Shown: positions 18,323 to 30,471 of the stretch, in pieces
Layout of the letters: the number at the start of each line of letters is the position of its first letter
How positions within the stretch are numbered: the first letter of the stretch is position 1
Source: Octopus vulgaris
Taxonomy: Eukaryota
Length of the DNA stretch: 64,000 nucleotides
Assembly: GCA_951406725.2 (NCBI GenBank)
Contig: OX597821.1
Location: forward strand, 23,746,001-23,810,000
Direction: 5' to 3'
Notes under the pieces: generated by a model
Database searches by the model: none
What the model was told of the DNA's origin: nothing
Seen by the model: only the letters and a program-made list of their open reading frames with translations
Position numbers and translations under genes: made by a program

Positions 18323-18360
<38 letters not shown>

Positions 18361-18563
18361 TGTGTGTTTGTGTGTCTGTGTTTATCCCCCTAGCATTGCT
18401 TGACAACCGATGCTGGTGTGTTTATGTCCTCGTCACTTAGCGATAGAATAAGTACTGGGCTTACAAAAGAATAAGTCCCGGGGTCGATTTGCTTTGATTA
18501 AAGGTCGTGCTCCGGCATGGCCACAGTCAAAATGACTGAAACAAGTAAAAGAGTAAAAGAGTA
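17808..18563. mobile_element. Two 5'-truncated SINE A copies fused head-to-head
   Basis: Minus copy 17808-18129 abuts plus copy 18130-18563 at CAAATCCAC|CCACATGGTTCC. Confidence 0.88.
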
Positions 18564-18800
18564 GATTCAATAAGATGTTTTTATCTTTCCTCTTTTCATG
18601 TTCATTGATTTTTTTCATTTTCTTTTGTCTAACTGAGGGTTAAACAATTTTTCTTAGTTGGAGGAGATAACCATATTTTTTAATGGGAAATAAGCAAAAA
18701 ATACCGTTGATACTGGTTATGATGGTGGTGGTTCTGTGATGGGGGTTCTGTGTGTAATGATCTGTGTGTGAGTGTCTGAGTGTGTGCGAATGCTTCTATT

Positions 18801-19012
18801 ACTCTTTTACTCTTTTACTCGTTTCAGTCATTTGACTGCGGCCATGCTGGAGCACCGCCTTTTTAGTCGAGCAAATCGACCCCGGGACTTATTCTTTGTA
18901 AGCCCAGTACTTATTCTATCGGTCTCTTTTGCCGAACCGCTAAGTGACGGGGACGTAAACACACCAGAATCCGTTGTCAAGTAATGCTAGGGGGACAAAC
19001 ACAGACACACAA

Positions 19013-19043
<31 letters not shown>

Positions 19044-19206
19044 CGACGGGCTTCTTTCAGTTTCCGTCTACCAAATCCACTCACAAGGCTTTGGATCGGC
19101 CCAGGGCTATAGTAGAAGACACTTGCCCAAGATGCCACGCAGTGGGACTGAACCCGGAACCATGTGGTTGGTTAGCAAGTTACTTACCACACAGCCACTC
19201 CTGCGC
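18801..19206 (-). mobile_element. SINE A, full length
   Basis: Complete head and tail. Confidence 0.93.
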
Positions 19207-19431
19207 TTATGTATGTTTTGTGTGTACGTTTGCGTTTGTACCTGGATCTTTGTGCGGATATGATTTTGTATTTATGTGTGTGTGTGTGCATGTGTGTGTG
19301 CGTGTGTGTGTGTGTGCGTGTGTGTGTGTTGCTATACCTGAGAATATGTACATGCACATACATACATATATGTCTATGTATACATGTATTGAGGTAGGAA
19401 GTAAAGCTGCTACTCTCACTATAACTCCTAA

Positions 19432-19536
19432 CTGCTGCTGATGATGATGAGGATGAGGATGGCGATAATGACGATGATGATGATGATTATGATGATGATG
19501 AGGACGAGGAGGAGGGGGAGGATGGTGATGACGATA

Positions 19537-19607
<71 letters not shown>

Positions 19608-19722
19608 GATGATGAGGATGATGATGATGACGATAATGATGATGATGATGATGATTATGAGGATGATGATGATGGTGATGATGATGATGAGGAGGAGGAG
19701 GCGGAGGATGGTGATGACGATA

Positions 19723-19754
<32 letters not shown>

Positions 19755-19851
19755 ACTGATGCTGATGATGATGATGATGATGATTTGATGATGATGATGA
19801 TGATTTGATGATGATGATGATGCTACCACTGCCTCCACCGCCAGCACCACG

Positions 19852-19910
<59 letters not shown>

Positions 19911-20291
19911 AGCAGACCGTAATTTTAGCGACAAATAAAGTTTGCTTTTTCCTGGTCAACTCATCACAGAAACTGAATGGTTTCGAGTTGGAGGTGGAAC
20001 AATGTGGTGGCGGTTGCGGTGGTGGTGGTGGCGGTGATGTTATTGTCTTGGCGGTGGGGAGGAGGTAGTAAGGGAGGAGGGTTTGAAGTGTCGACAATGG
20101 GGGAAGGGCATTGTGGTAATGGCGGTGGCGGTGGTGGTGGTGGTGTGTTTATTGTATTAGTAGTGGAGTTATTGTGAATGTAACAGACACACACACGTGT
20201 GCATGTCTGTCTGTGTATGAGTGCGGATACATACACACACACATAGATACTAGGTGGTAGTGGTAGTAGTGGCAGAGGTGGTGGCAGTAGC

Positions 20292-20323
<32 letters not shown>

Positions 20324-20592
20324 CAGAAGTAGTGGTGGTGGTGGTGGTAGTAGTAGTAGTGGCAGAAGTAGTGGTGGTGGTGGTAGTAGTAGTAGTGGCA
20401 GAAGTAGTGGTGGTGGTGGTAGTAGTAGTAGTAGTGGCAGAAGTGGTGGTGGTGGTGGTTGTAGTAGTAGTGGCAGAAGTAGTGGTGGTGGCGGTAGTAG
20501 TAGTAGTAGTAGTAGTGGTGGCAGAAGTGGTGGTGGCAGTAGTAGCAGTAGTAGTGGTGGTAGTAGTAGTAGTAGTAGTAGTGGCAGAAGTG

Positions 20593-20638
<46 letters not shown>

Positions 20639-20754
20639 CAGAAGTAGTGGTGGTGGTGGTAGTAGTAGTAGTAGTAGTGGTGGCAGAAGTGTTGGTGGCA
20701 GTAGTAGCTGTAGTAGTGGTGGTAGTAGTAGTAGTAGTAGTAGTGGCAGAAGTG

Positions 20755-20785
<31 letters not shown>

Positions 20786-20802
20786 CAGTGGCAGAAGTAG
20801 TG

Positions 20803-20851
<49 letters not shown>

Positions 20852-20883
20852 CAGAAGTGGTGGTGGCAGTAGTAGCAGTAGTA

Positions 20884-20927
<44 letters not shown>

Positions 20928-21627
20928 GGCAGTAGTAGTAGTAGTTATAGGAACGGTGGTTGTGATAGTAGCAGTGCTATTGAAATTGTGTTCTTATGAT
21001 AATGGTGTTGACGGTGGTTGTTTTCATTGTTGTTGTTGTGGTGGTGGTAGTAGTGGTATTATGTGAAGGTGACAATGGTGGTGGTGGTGGTGATGCTGCT
21101 GCTAGCAGTGGCGGTAGACGTACTACTACTACTACCACTACTATCGTCCTGGTGGTGTTGGAGGCGGTGTTGATAGTGCGATGGTGATGCAAAGTTAGGG
21201 CAGTGCTTGTCTTCTTGTGGTGGTGGTAGTTGGTGGCAGTGGTTGTGTAGTGGTGGTAGTGGTGATTGGTGATGGTGGTGGTGGTGATTATGGTGATGGT
21301 GGTGATGGTGGTGGTGGTGATGATGGTGGTGGTGGTGGTCATTCTGGTTGGGTGGTGGTTGTGGTAGGTGATGGAGGCTGTGGTGGTAGTAGTAGTGGTA
21401 GTGGCAATTATGTTGGAGGTGGTTATATGCTGGTAGTGATAGTAGTGTCGGTTAAAGTAGTGGTGGTAATGTGATAGTGGTAGCTGTGGTGGTGGCGACG
21501 ACGGCAGCGATGGTGGTGGTGGTGGTGGTGGTGGTGGTGGTGGTGGTGGTAGTTGTTATTTCTCCCGGCGTCTGCTGTACTTGATCATGTGCGAACATTA
21601 AGTGTTGGCGGAGATAAGTGTTGGATT

Positions 21628-21700
<73 letters not shown>

Positions 21701-21704
21701 GGTG

Positions 21705-21763
<59 letters not shown>

Positions 21764-21782
21764 GGTGGTGGTGGTGGTGGCG
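19432..21782. repeat. Trinucleotide repeat domain (GAT, CTA, GGT, GTA, CAG) with short unique islands
   Basis: Direct reading; includes GCAGAA-punctuated GTA/GTG array 20255-20945. Confidence 0.92.
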
Positions 21783-21980
21783 ACGGCGATGGCCTGCTGG
21801 GAGGACGTGTGGGGTTGCGGTGTCGACAAGTTTCTTGTAAGTGCGGCAGGTGTCTGTCGCCAAAGCATCATGTTAAAGACACACGACACACGACACTCCA
21901 TTGACAACCACACACACACACACACACTCACGCACACCCATATATACCCACACAGGCGCACACGTACATACAGAGAGAGA

Positions 21981-22023
<43 letters not shown>

Positions 22024-22205
22024 TGAGAGAGACATGCATACATAAATACACTCATACGCGCGCTTGTATATATATGTATATAGATAGGTGATTTATGCGC
22101 TTATGTGTGTGTATGACTGCGTGTATGTTTCGTGGTACCCAGCCGAGGGCGAAACTTTGGATTATATAATACATACATATACGTGTGTGCATGTGTGTGT
22201 GTATA

Positions 22206-22254
<49 letters not shown>

Positions 22255-22540
22255 ATGCACACGCAAAGACGTGAGCACAGGCATTATTCAGTGGGAGATA
22301 AACTATCTTAAACAGCTGTGAATAGAGAAATATTTTCGGTTCGCCTTCTTATTTATTTTTTCAATCTTTTCATTGTTTTTTTTTTCAGGGTTGTTTTTAT
22401 ATAACCACCCTCACCCAGCCTCCGATTTTTTTTTGTTCTATCTCTCCACGAATTTCTGAGTCCTTTTGTTTAGTTTTTTCATTCATGCCATCCGTATTTC
22501 TGGTTTGTATATTTATTTCATCACCTCTTTGCATTTCTGT

Positions 22541-22618
<78 letters not shown>

Positions 22619-22639
22619 CATCCATCCATCCATCCATCA

Positions 22640-22692
<53 letters not shown>

Positions 22693-24168
22693 AGGGCGCG
22701 AATTGCTCGAGCCCAGCAAGATGTGCGAGGCATTTCAGCGGCACTTTGCCCTACTGTACGGGACAAGTGGCGAGCGTGAACGCAGAGTGGATTTCAGTGC
22801 CTACCTGCACAATCTGCCACGACTCTCGGCAAGAGAGGCAGAGTGCTGCGAGGATGCCATCACGGCGGTGGATGTGCGGGACGCAATGGCAGAATGCTCG
22901 AGAGACAAATCGCCGGGTTTAGTTGGTCTGCCCTACGAGTTTTACAATTGTATACCAGACTTGTTTGGAGACGTCTTGGCATCGGTATACTGCAACTGGC
23001 AGCAAAACGGGAGCATACCCGGTTTTGTGAGTCGCAGAGCCGTAACACTGCTGTAGAAAGATCCAAACAAGGGGACATGATAGATAACTTTAGGCCCATC
23101 ACTCTGCTCAATGCAGACCTGAAAATTTTGACCAAGGTGTTAGCCAAGAGGTTGGCGCTTGTCATCGAGAAATTGGTCGACAAGGCACAAACGTGCGCCG
23201 TGCCGGGCGGGAGCATCCATGACAACCTCCATCTGATGCGCTACATCATAGACAGAGTAGTTAAGGAACCTGGCATGGGTGGGGCGCTGATCAATTTGGA
23301 TCAATCGAAAGCCTTCGATAGGGTAGGCCATCAATACTTGGAGGCAGTCCTGAGAGAGGCTGGTTTCGGTCCCGTCTTCCGCGGCTGGATAGCTGCTTTG
23401 TACAGAGGCATCCGTTCGGTAATTCGTGTAAATGGACATCTATCGAGACCTTTCGACATTGCACGTTCGGTCCGTCAGAGATGCCCCCTCTCGTCGCTTC
23501 TATACGTATTGACTCTCGAGCCACTACTGTGGAAGCTGGCGACTCTGAGGGGCATCCCGCGAGAATTGGGATGTGGGACGAGCGTGTCTGCATACGCGGA
23601 CGACGTCCCCGTCATAGTGTCAAGCCACGAGCACATCGAGCTGGTCGGCGAGACACTGAAAGACTACGAAGCGGTGACAGGAGCGAAAATCAACCGGGAA
23701 AAGTCAGTGGACTTGCGGCCCGGCACCTGGAGAAGCAAGCCCATGCCGTCCACCAGCACCTCCGTCGTGGGACGCTGGACGGACGGCCGGTTGAGTTGCT
23801 CGGGGTCTGGTTCGGTCCGGACCTCCAAATGGTGAAGAACTGGAACGAGATAACGAGTAGGGTGGTCACTCTCGCCCGGCAATGGGCCGAGAGGAAACTG
23901 TCCCTAAAAGGTCGGGCGGAAGTGGCGAACACGTACATCGCGTCCATCATCTACTACCGCCCGCCCGACTGTCGTACCTTGTCCCGACCCTACCATCACC
24001 AAACTAGAACGCATTCTCTTCCGCTTCTTCCCCTTTTTTCCCCTCTTTCTTTCCTTTTACGATCCTTTTTGATAGAAAACCAAACCCCCTGTTTTATCCC
24101 CAAAAGAAAAGCTCTACCTTGTAATTTGTCCCGTCTGTGTGCAGCCCTGTGTGGCTAATAAAGAAACA
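22693..24168 (+). mobile_element. Tx1/L1-clade LINE, 5'-truncated, RT pseudogene with internal deletion
   Basis: NFRPITLLNADLKIL, LDQSKAFDRV, RQRCPLS, AYADDV motifs; stop at ~23054, frameshift ~23790; AATAAA 3' end; flanked by (TATC)n. Confidence 0.92.
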
Positions 24169-24237
<69 letters not shown>

Positions 24238-24556
24238 CCTCTGTTTCACCTTTGTTCTCTCTCTTATCTTCTTCCTTTATCTCTCTGTCTTATTCTCCTC
24301 TTCTCTCTATGTCCTCTCTCCCTTACCCCCTCTCTCTCTCTCTTCTAGTTTATATTTTTCTTTCCTACCGCCAGCGTTTTTGCTCACCTCTCCAGTGGGT
24401 TTCTGTTTATTTTTATTTTTTGGTTCTTTCTTTTTATTCTTCTCTATAACTGCACGACACCGTAGGCAAGTGTCTTCTGGTCGACCAATAGCCTATGAAT
24501 TTGATAGCCAGAAACTGTGTGGAAGCTTGTTTTGCATATTTGTATATATTGTATAT

Positions 24557-24915
24557 ACGAGGAGGGACCCAAAAATAACCGGAAAGTTCTCTCTGGGGTA
24601 AGCCCGTTGTAGTTCAGGCTTCCGACACCAGAAGCCACTTGATGCGACCCTCAGGCATCAGTATGTGTATTTCGCTGTTGATCTCGCGGTACCCCAGGGT
24701 ACCACGGCACACCAGTTCGTAACCTGTGTCGTAGAGTGAAGTCGTACAGGTACGTGGTGCATCTTTGTTTTGCAATGCTTCTCCCCTGTTCGTCGATTTT
24801 TGCGACGGCTGAAACGAAGGAAGAGTGTACTTCCGTGAAATCCTGTTCTCTGTTAGGGAAAACGGCAGCCGAAATAGTTGTCATACTTCAAACAGCTTAC
24901 AAGGACACTACCATG
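24557..24915 (+). mobile_element. Mariner 5' fragment nested in an old SINE A (24470-25298)
   Basis: TA-CGAGG..CCCAAAAA TIR-like start; VKSCSLLGKTAAEIVVILQTAYKD resembles mariner N-terminal HTH. Confidence 0.7.
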
Positions 24916-25066
24916 AGAAACGAAAACGGAAAAACAAGCATGGAACAAACCATTTTTTTACAACAGAAAAACAGAGTACAAGACAAACTACACAAGGAAA
25001 AATCCCCTTCATCAGCTGTCCCTAGTTCAACTCTAGCGTACATACATACATACATACATACATACA

Positions 25067-25125
<59 letters not shown>

Positions 25126-25295
25126 CACACCCACCGCTTGACAACTCGTTACTTAGTGGCTCGGCAAAAAAGACATATAATAAGTATCAGGCTTTAAAAC
25201 TATAAGTACTAGGGTCGATACATTCGACTAAAACTTCTTCGAGGCGGTGCACCAGTATGGCTGCAGTCCAATGACTGGAACAAGTAAAAGATAGA

Positions 25296-25363
<68 letters not shown>

Positions 25364-25473
25364 GCGTAGACTCGAAACGTAAAAGACTTTTTCTATTCCT
25401 GAACGTTATACTAATACGTCTGTTTGTTTTGTACACCGCCTGCCTTCGTCTTTTGTTTTTTCGTAAACTCTCC

Positions 25474-25475
<2 letters not shown>
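25364..25475 (+). mobile_element. Truncated PLE-terminus-like element (family Z) with 3' half of hammerhead
   Basis: GCGTAGACTC-GAAA-CG-TA-AAAG; matches reverse complement of 35331-35456 and 55957-56084. Confidence 0.7.
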
Positions 25476-25520
<45 letters not shown>

Positions 25521-25523
<3 letters not shown>

Positions 25524-25657
25524 AAGCGCAATGGCCCAGTGGTTAGGTTAGGGCAGGCGGGGTGGTGTCATTCGAAGGCTAAAACAATGCGAACGCATTG
25601 TGACCAACGATGTCTTTCAACATCTGATGATCTGGCCTGCGGTCACGTGGTCACGTT
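25521..25657 (+). mobile_element. SINE family C, internally deleted
   Basis: GCGCAATGGCCCAGTGGTTAG head joined to tail shared with 53960-54063. Confidence 0.8.
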
Positions 25658-25663
25658 CGAAGG

Positions 25664-25701
<38 letters not shown>

Positions 25702-26655
25702 CATATATATATATATATGATACGTATATATATATATAATATATATATATTTATATATATATATATATCGTTATTTAAATAACGATCTTATCAAGTGGCC
25801 AACATGGGAATAAAAACCTTCAAAGGTAATAATTATTTTATAATTTAGAGTATCTAAGAGATACCACCATGCTGGAAATAGCAGCCAAAACTCGACTCTG
25901 AAACCACATTAAATGTTCATACAGCACCAGGAGAGAAGACAAAGAGACGCGGAGTTAACATTTTTGTTAACTTTTAAGTTAATTTTGAAAACCATTGTCG
26001 AACTAATAAATTTTTCGTTACATTTAGCTTCTGTAAACTCAAGTCCGTTAACCCCAAAATTTCATAAAAACCGGTAAACGTTTAAATGTTTCTATATGTT
26101 TAATATAGTACGCGTCATTCTTTCAGGTTTTTTTTTAGGCCCTTTAAAATTTAAAACTATAAAATCAGCAATTTTAAACTCTAAAGTAAAAACAAAAATA
26201 AAGAAAGAAATGAATAAATCCAGTTTTGGAATTCAAAAGCCCTAAAAAAAAAAGCTGATTTTATAGTTTTGGCACTTATTAACCCTTTAGTGTTTAAACC
26301 GGCCAAAACCTGCTGTATCTAATTCCTCTACGAAGTCTTTTTTAAAAAATAAACAAATCACGTTAGTGAATTCTCGTAGCTTTGAGATAATGTGAGGGAT
26401 TTTCTTCCAGAAAGCACAAAACTGGGAGAAAAGCAAAATTAACTGAGGTGGATATCAATAGAGAAAGTATTGACATTCATAAAGTGGAAAAAATAAATGG
26501 AAAGAAAAAAGTTGGTAAATATTTCGGTGTCAACGCAAATAGCTGTTATGTGGTAGCAGGGAATGCTAGAAATAGCAGCCAAATCTGCCCTTTTCTGGAA
26601 AAAGAAGCGGTTTGTGCGTGATTTCGATATCACATTCGTTGAAAGCATGTAAAAT

Positions 26656-27060
26656 GGATCTTTCCGGTTTGAATGGCAGTTTTTAGCATAATTTCTAGGT
26701 AACTGAAAAATTTGAAACTTCGTATACTGGTAGAATGTGTTTATAAAACATCTTTTTCTCTTGGCTTTATTGAGAAAATTCCATAGTTTGTAAGATATTT
26801 GTTGTTTTTTTTCTTCAATTTCTGCAATTTCAACCAATCAATGACGTCTATTGAGTTAAAAAAACCATTCTGAACCGTATGAATATGTCCCTCGTTTAAG
26901 AAACAGATTACATTTGTGAAGAAAAAAAAAGATACCTTTCCCCCCACCCCTAACCCTAACCCTAAAACATTGAAATGCAATAGATCAATACATATGAAAT
27001 TATGGGCGACAATTTCATATGACACCGCTAGAAAAACTGCCGTTCAAACCGAAAAGATCC
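26656..27060. mobile_element. MITE with 29 bp TIRs and 8 bp TSD (Merlin-like)
   Basis: GGATCTTTCCGGTTTGAATGGCAGTTTTT / AAAAACTGCCGTTCAAACCGAAAAGATCC; flanks TGTAAAAT / TGCAAAAT. Confidence 0.85.
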
Positions 27061-27191
27061 TGCAAAATAACTAGAAAAAGAAAAAAAGACCCGCGAAAAA
27101 AGAAAAAAAAAAACTCCCTTGTGTGTAAATTAATTCCTGCTAAATGTGTTAAGTGCCTCTTCGTTCTTTCGTTTGTCCACTAACTCGTGTG

Positions 27192-27228
<37 letters not shown>

Positions 27229-27641
27229 GGAAGGGCAAAAATGAGTAATTTCTGATTTCTTGTTATTTCCTCCCTACCTATTTGAAATCATTACAAATAT
27301 TGCATCATTATTTTGTGCCGTTGCATCATCTTTAAGAATAAAAATTGCTCAGCATAATTGCTATTGTTATTCTTGTTGTTGTTTAAGTTTAGACAGTTTG
27401 AAACATAGTCAGGTAACAGACAATTATTTCTTTCCAAGAAATTTTTCTTCTACTTTGACCCTGTTGTAACTGACGCTGCTTATAAAATACCTGTTAAATT
27501 TTTGGTGTTTAACGATCGATATTTTTTTCTCTGTCGAATTCCAAGTCAATTTGTTTCCACACGAATGTTTTAATTGATAGTTTTCGGGCCGACCAAAAGC
27601 CTTGTGAGTAGATTTAGTTGACAGAAACTGAAAGAAGCTAA

Positions 27642-27853
27642 GGCGGTGAGCTGGCAGAATCGTTAGCACGCCGGGCGAAATGCTTGGCGGTATTTCGTCT
27701 GCCTCTACGTTCTGAGTTCAAATTCCGCCGAGGTCGACTTTGCCTTTCATCCTTTCGGGGTCGATTAAATAAGTACCAGTTACGCACTGGGTCGATGTAA
27801 TCGACATAATCCGTTTGTCTGCCCTTGTTTGTCCCTTCTGTGTTTAGCCCCTT
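27642..27853 (+). mobile_element. SINE family B
   Basis: GGCGGTGAGCTGGCAGAA A box, GAGTTCAAATTCC B box, GCCTTTCATCCTTTCGGGGTCGAT (Deu/Nin-like central domain, from memory). Confidence 0.9.
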
Positions 27854-28899
27854 GAGTCAAAATTTTGCTGCCTTTTGCAACAACCTATATTTGCAAACGA
27901 GGATTTTCCACTCTGATGAGCATAAAAACAAAGCTGGGTAATCGATTGAACCCCGAAGATTGTATTCAAATTGCTCTGGCGTCAAAATGCCCCAATTTTG
28001 ATGTAATTGTAACAGAAATTAAACATCATTTCTCCAGAACCTGAAGTGGAAAAGTTTCTAGAAAAATCCTTTTGATTCATAATGAGGATATTAATTTATT
28101 TTATCGCATTTGTTTTATGCTTTTTTATATTTATAATTGTATTCTCCCTATAAATAGATTTTATAAACCTTTTGAATTCAAAGAATCTATGATTTTCTTC
28201 CTTTCAAATCAAGGGGCTAACGCCGGCATAAATAAATATATTTTGGAGAAATTGGTTTAGAAATTCTCCAAACTCTGCGTTAGCTTGTCTGACAAAATGC
28301 TGCAAGTCATTTCGTCTGACTTTTAACGTTCTGAGTTCAAATTCCACCGAGATCGACTTTGCCGTTCATCTTTTCGGAGTCGAAGTAATAAAGTTCCATT
28401 GAAGTACTGGAATCTATAAAATCGAATTTTCCCCTCCCCTCGAAAATGCTGGCCTTATGCATATGGTAGAAAGAATTAATAAGGTGCGAGATTTGGCGAC
28501 CTTTTATTTTGCATTACACACATAATCGGATAGTGTGCAGCTGTGAAGTTCATCCCTCTCTTAAGATTCTCAGAAATTCTTCTTCTTCTTCTTCTTCTTC
28601 TTCTTCTTCTTCTTCTTCTTCCAGTCAGGACTCACGCCATTGTCCACAAAGAATAATCTCTAATTCGAGCCTACTCTAAGCTACTAAGAATGCGTGTGGC
28701 AACTTGAAGATCCACGCACCACACACGATAGACTGGTGGTTGCACGGACGCGAAAGCTACGTTGTTATCCTCATTCTGTAAACGGTGGCTTTTAACGGGT
28801 GGAGAGCTGAACCAACCTGGGGAACAGAGGATTCGCAATCTAGACTGGGGTCTGAAAGTTTACCACACCATAGTGGGTTACACCATGATTCCTCTGCTT

Positions 28900-29188
28900 T
28901 GTGGCAGAAGTAGGAAGAAAGAGTGAGAGAAAGTTGTGGTGAAAGAATGCAGCGGGATTCAGCCCCCGCCCCCACGTCGGAGCCTTGTGGAGCTTAGGTG
29001 TTTTTGCTCAATAAACACTCACAATGCCCGGTCTGGGAATCGAAACCGCGTTCTTATGACCGCGAGTCCGCGTTCTTATGACCGCGAGTCCGCGTTCTTA
29101 TGACCGCGAGTCCGCGTTCTTATGACCGCGAGTCCGCGTTCTTATGACCGCGAGTCCGCGGTCCTAACCACTGGGCCATTGCACCTCC
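28900..29188 (-). mobile_element. SINE family C with 5x22 bp tandem expansion in tRNA head
   Basis: Head GGAGGTGCAATGGCCCAGTGGTTAG at 29188; unit CCGCGTTCTTATGACCGCGAGT x5 at 29046-29155. Confidence 0.9.
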
Positions 29189-29627
29189 ATACTGCTGCTG
29201 TTGCAGCAAAAACTACGTTTTAATTAAATTTGTGCTGCATTCTTTACAATAAGGTCTGCTAATTAAACTACTCACTTCTGTGTGAGGTCTTCCCTCGATG
29301 GCGATTCGTGCGCAAGACAGAAAGGTCAACAGTCTATGAGAGTGAAGATTTATCTCTCGTCCGCTGAACACCATTAAATTGGGGTTAAGCAGAAACCCTT
29401 CAGAAATCTTATCGGGACTTATCAGGCACTTACACACACAATGAAATAGTTCCTGGTAGCTCTTAGTGCCATCTATATACAGCTAGGTAGACTGAGGCGA
29501 TGAAGTGAAGTGTTTTGAATCATGGCAACCATCGTATTGTTGGTCTGCCATCTTGTAACACTTGACTCCGATATCAACTATGAGATGACGTCATCGTTTC
29601 ATATTGGAATAATCTCTGGACAATTTC

Positions 29628-30370
29628 AGGAGTGGCTGTGTGGTAAGAAGCTTGCTTCAAAACCACATGGTTCCAGGTTCAGTTCCACTGCGTGGCACTT
29701 TAGTCAAAAGCTTTGTGAGTGGATTTGGTAGACAGCAACTAAAAGAAGCGCGTCGTGTATGTGTGTGTGTGTGTGTGTGTGTTTGCCCCTCCCCTCCCGC
29801 CATCGCTTGACGAGCGATGCTGGCATGTTCATGTCCCCGTAACTTAGCGGTTCGGCAAAACACCGCTAGAACAAGTACTAGGCTTACAAAGATTAAGTTC
29901 TGGGATCGATTTCTTCGATTAAAACCTCTTCAAGGCAGTGCTCCAGCATGGCTGCAGTCAAATGACCGAATAAAACTGAAATGAGGATAACGTATTTGGT
30001 TGTCTAATGAATTCGTTGTTTTTTTTCTTCCCCCTTTGGCACTGCATCGTCACACGCCTCAAAAGAGGGAAATTTTATCCAAATTTCACAAAGGACAAAC
30101 AAAAGTTGTAGCGGAAGAATAAAGATACAAAAAAATCCATAAAGTATAAAACACTATTTTTTTAAAATTGTTTCAGTCATTAGAGACTGCGGTCATGCTA
30201 GGGCACCAGCTTGAAGAATTTTGATCGAACTTATCAACCCCAGTACTTATCATTTTTTGGAAAGCCTGGTACTTATTCTATCGGTTGTTTTTGCCGAACC
30301 GATAAGTTACGGGGGACGTAAACACACCAACACCGGTTGTAAAGCGGTGGCGGGAGACAGACACATACAC
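29628..30370. mobile_element. Older SINE A copies (29628-29970 plus; 30165-30370 minus, 3' half)
   Basis: Diverged matches to SINE A. Confidence 0.8.
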
Positions 30371-30377
30371 AAAGACA

Positions 30378-30463
<86 letters not shown>

Positions 30464-30471
30464 TGCACATA

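Noticed and set aside
19207-20097. 296 aa His/Pro/Ser-rich ORF
   Set aside because: Almost wholly trinucleotide repeat, non-ATG start, ends in CA repeat and SINE.
24736-25197. 153 aa ORF as a gene
   Set aside because: Chimera of mariner fragment, family X, microsatellite and SINE.
26948-26966. Interstitial telomere
   Set aside because: Only three CCCTAA units, internal to a MITE.
29046-29160. CRISPR-like array
   Set aside because: Contiguous identical units with no spacers, inside a SINE; no cas genes.
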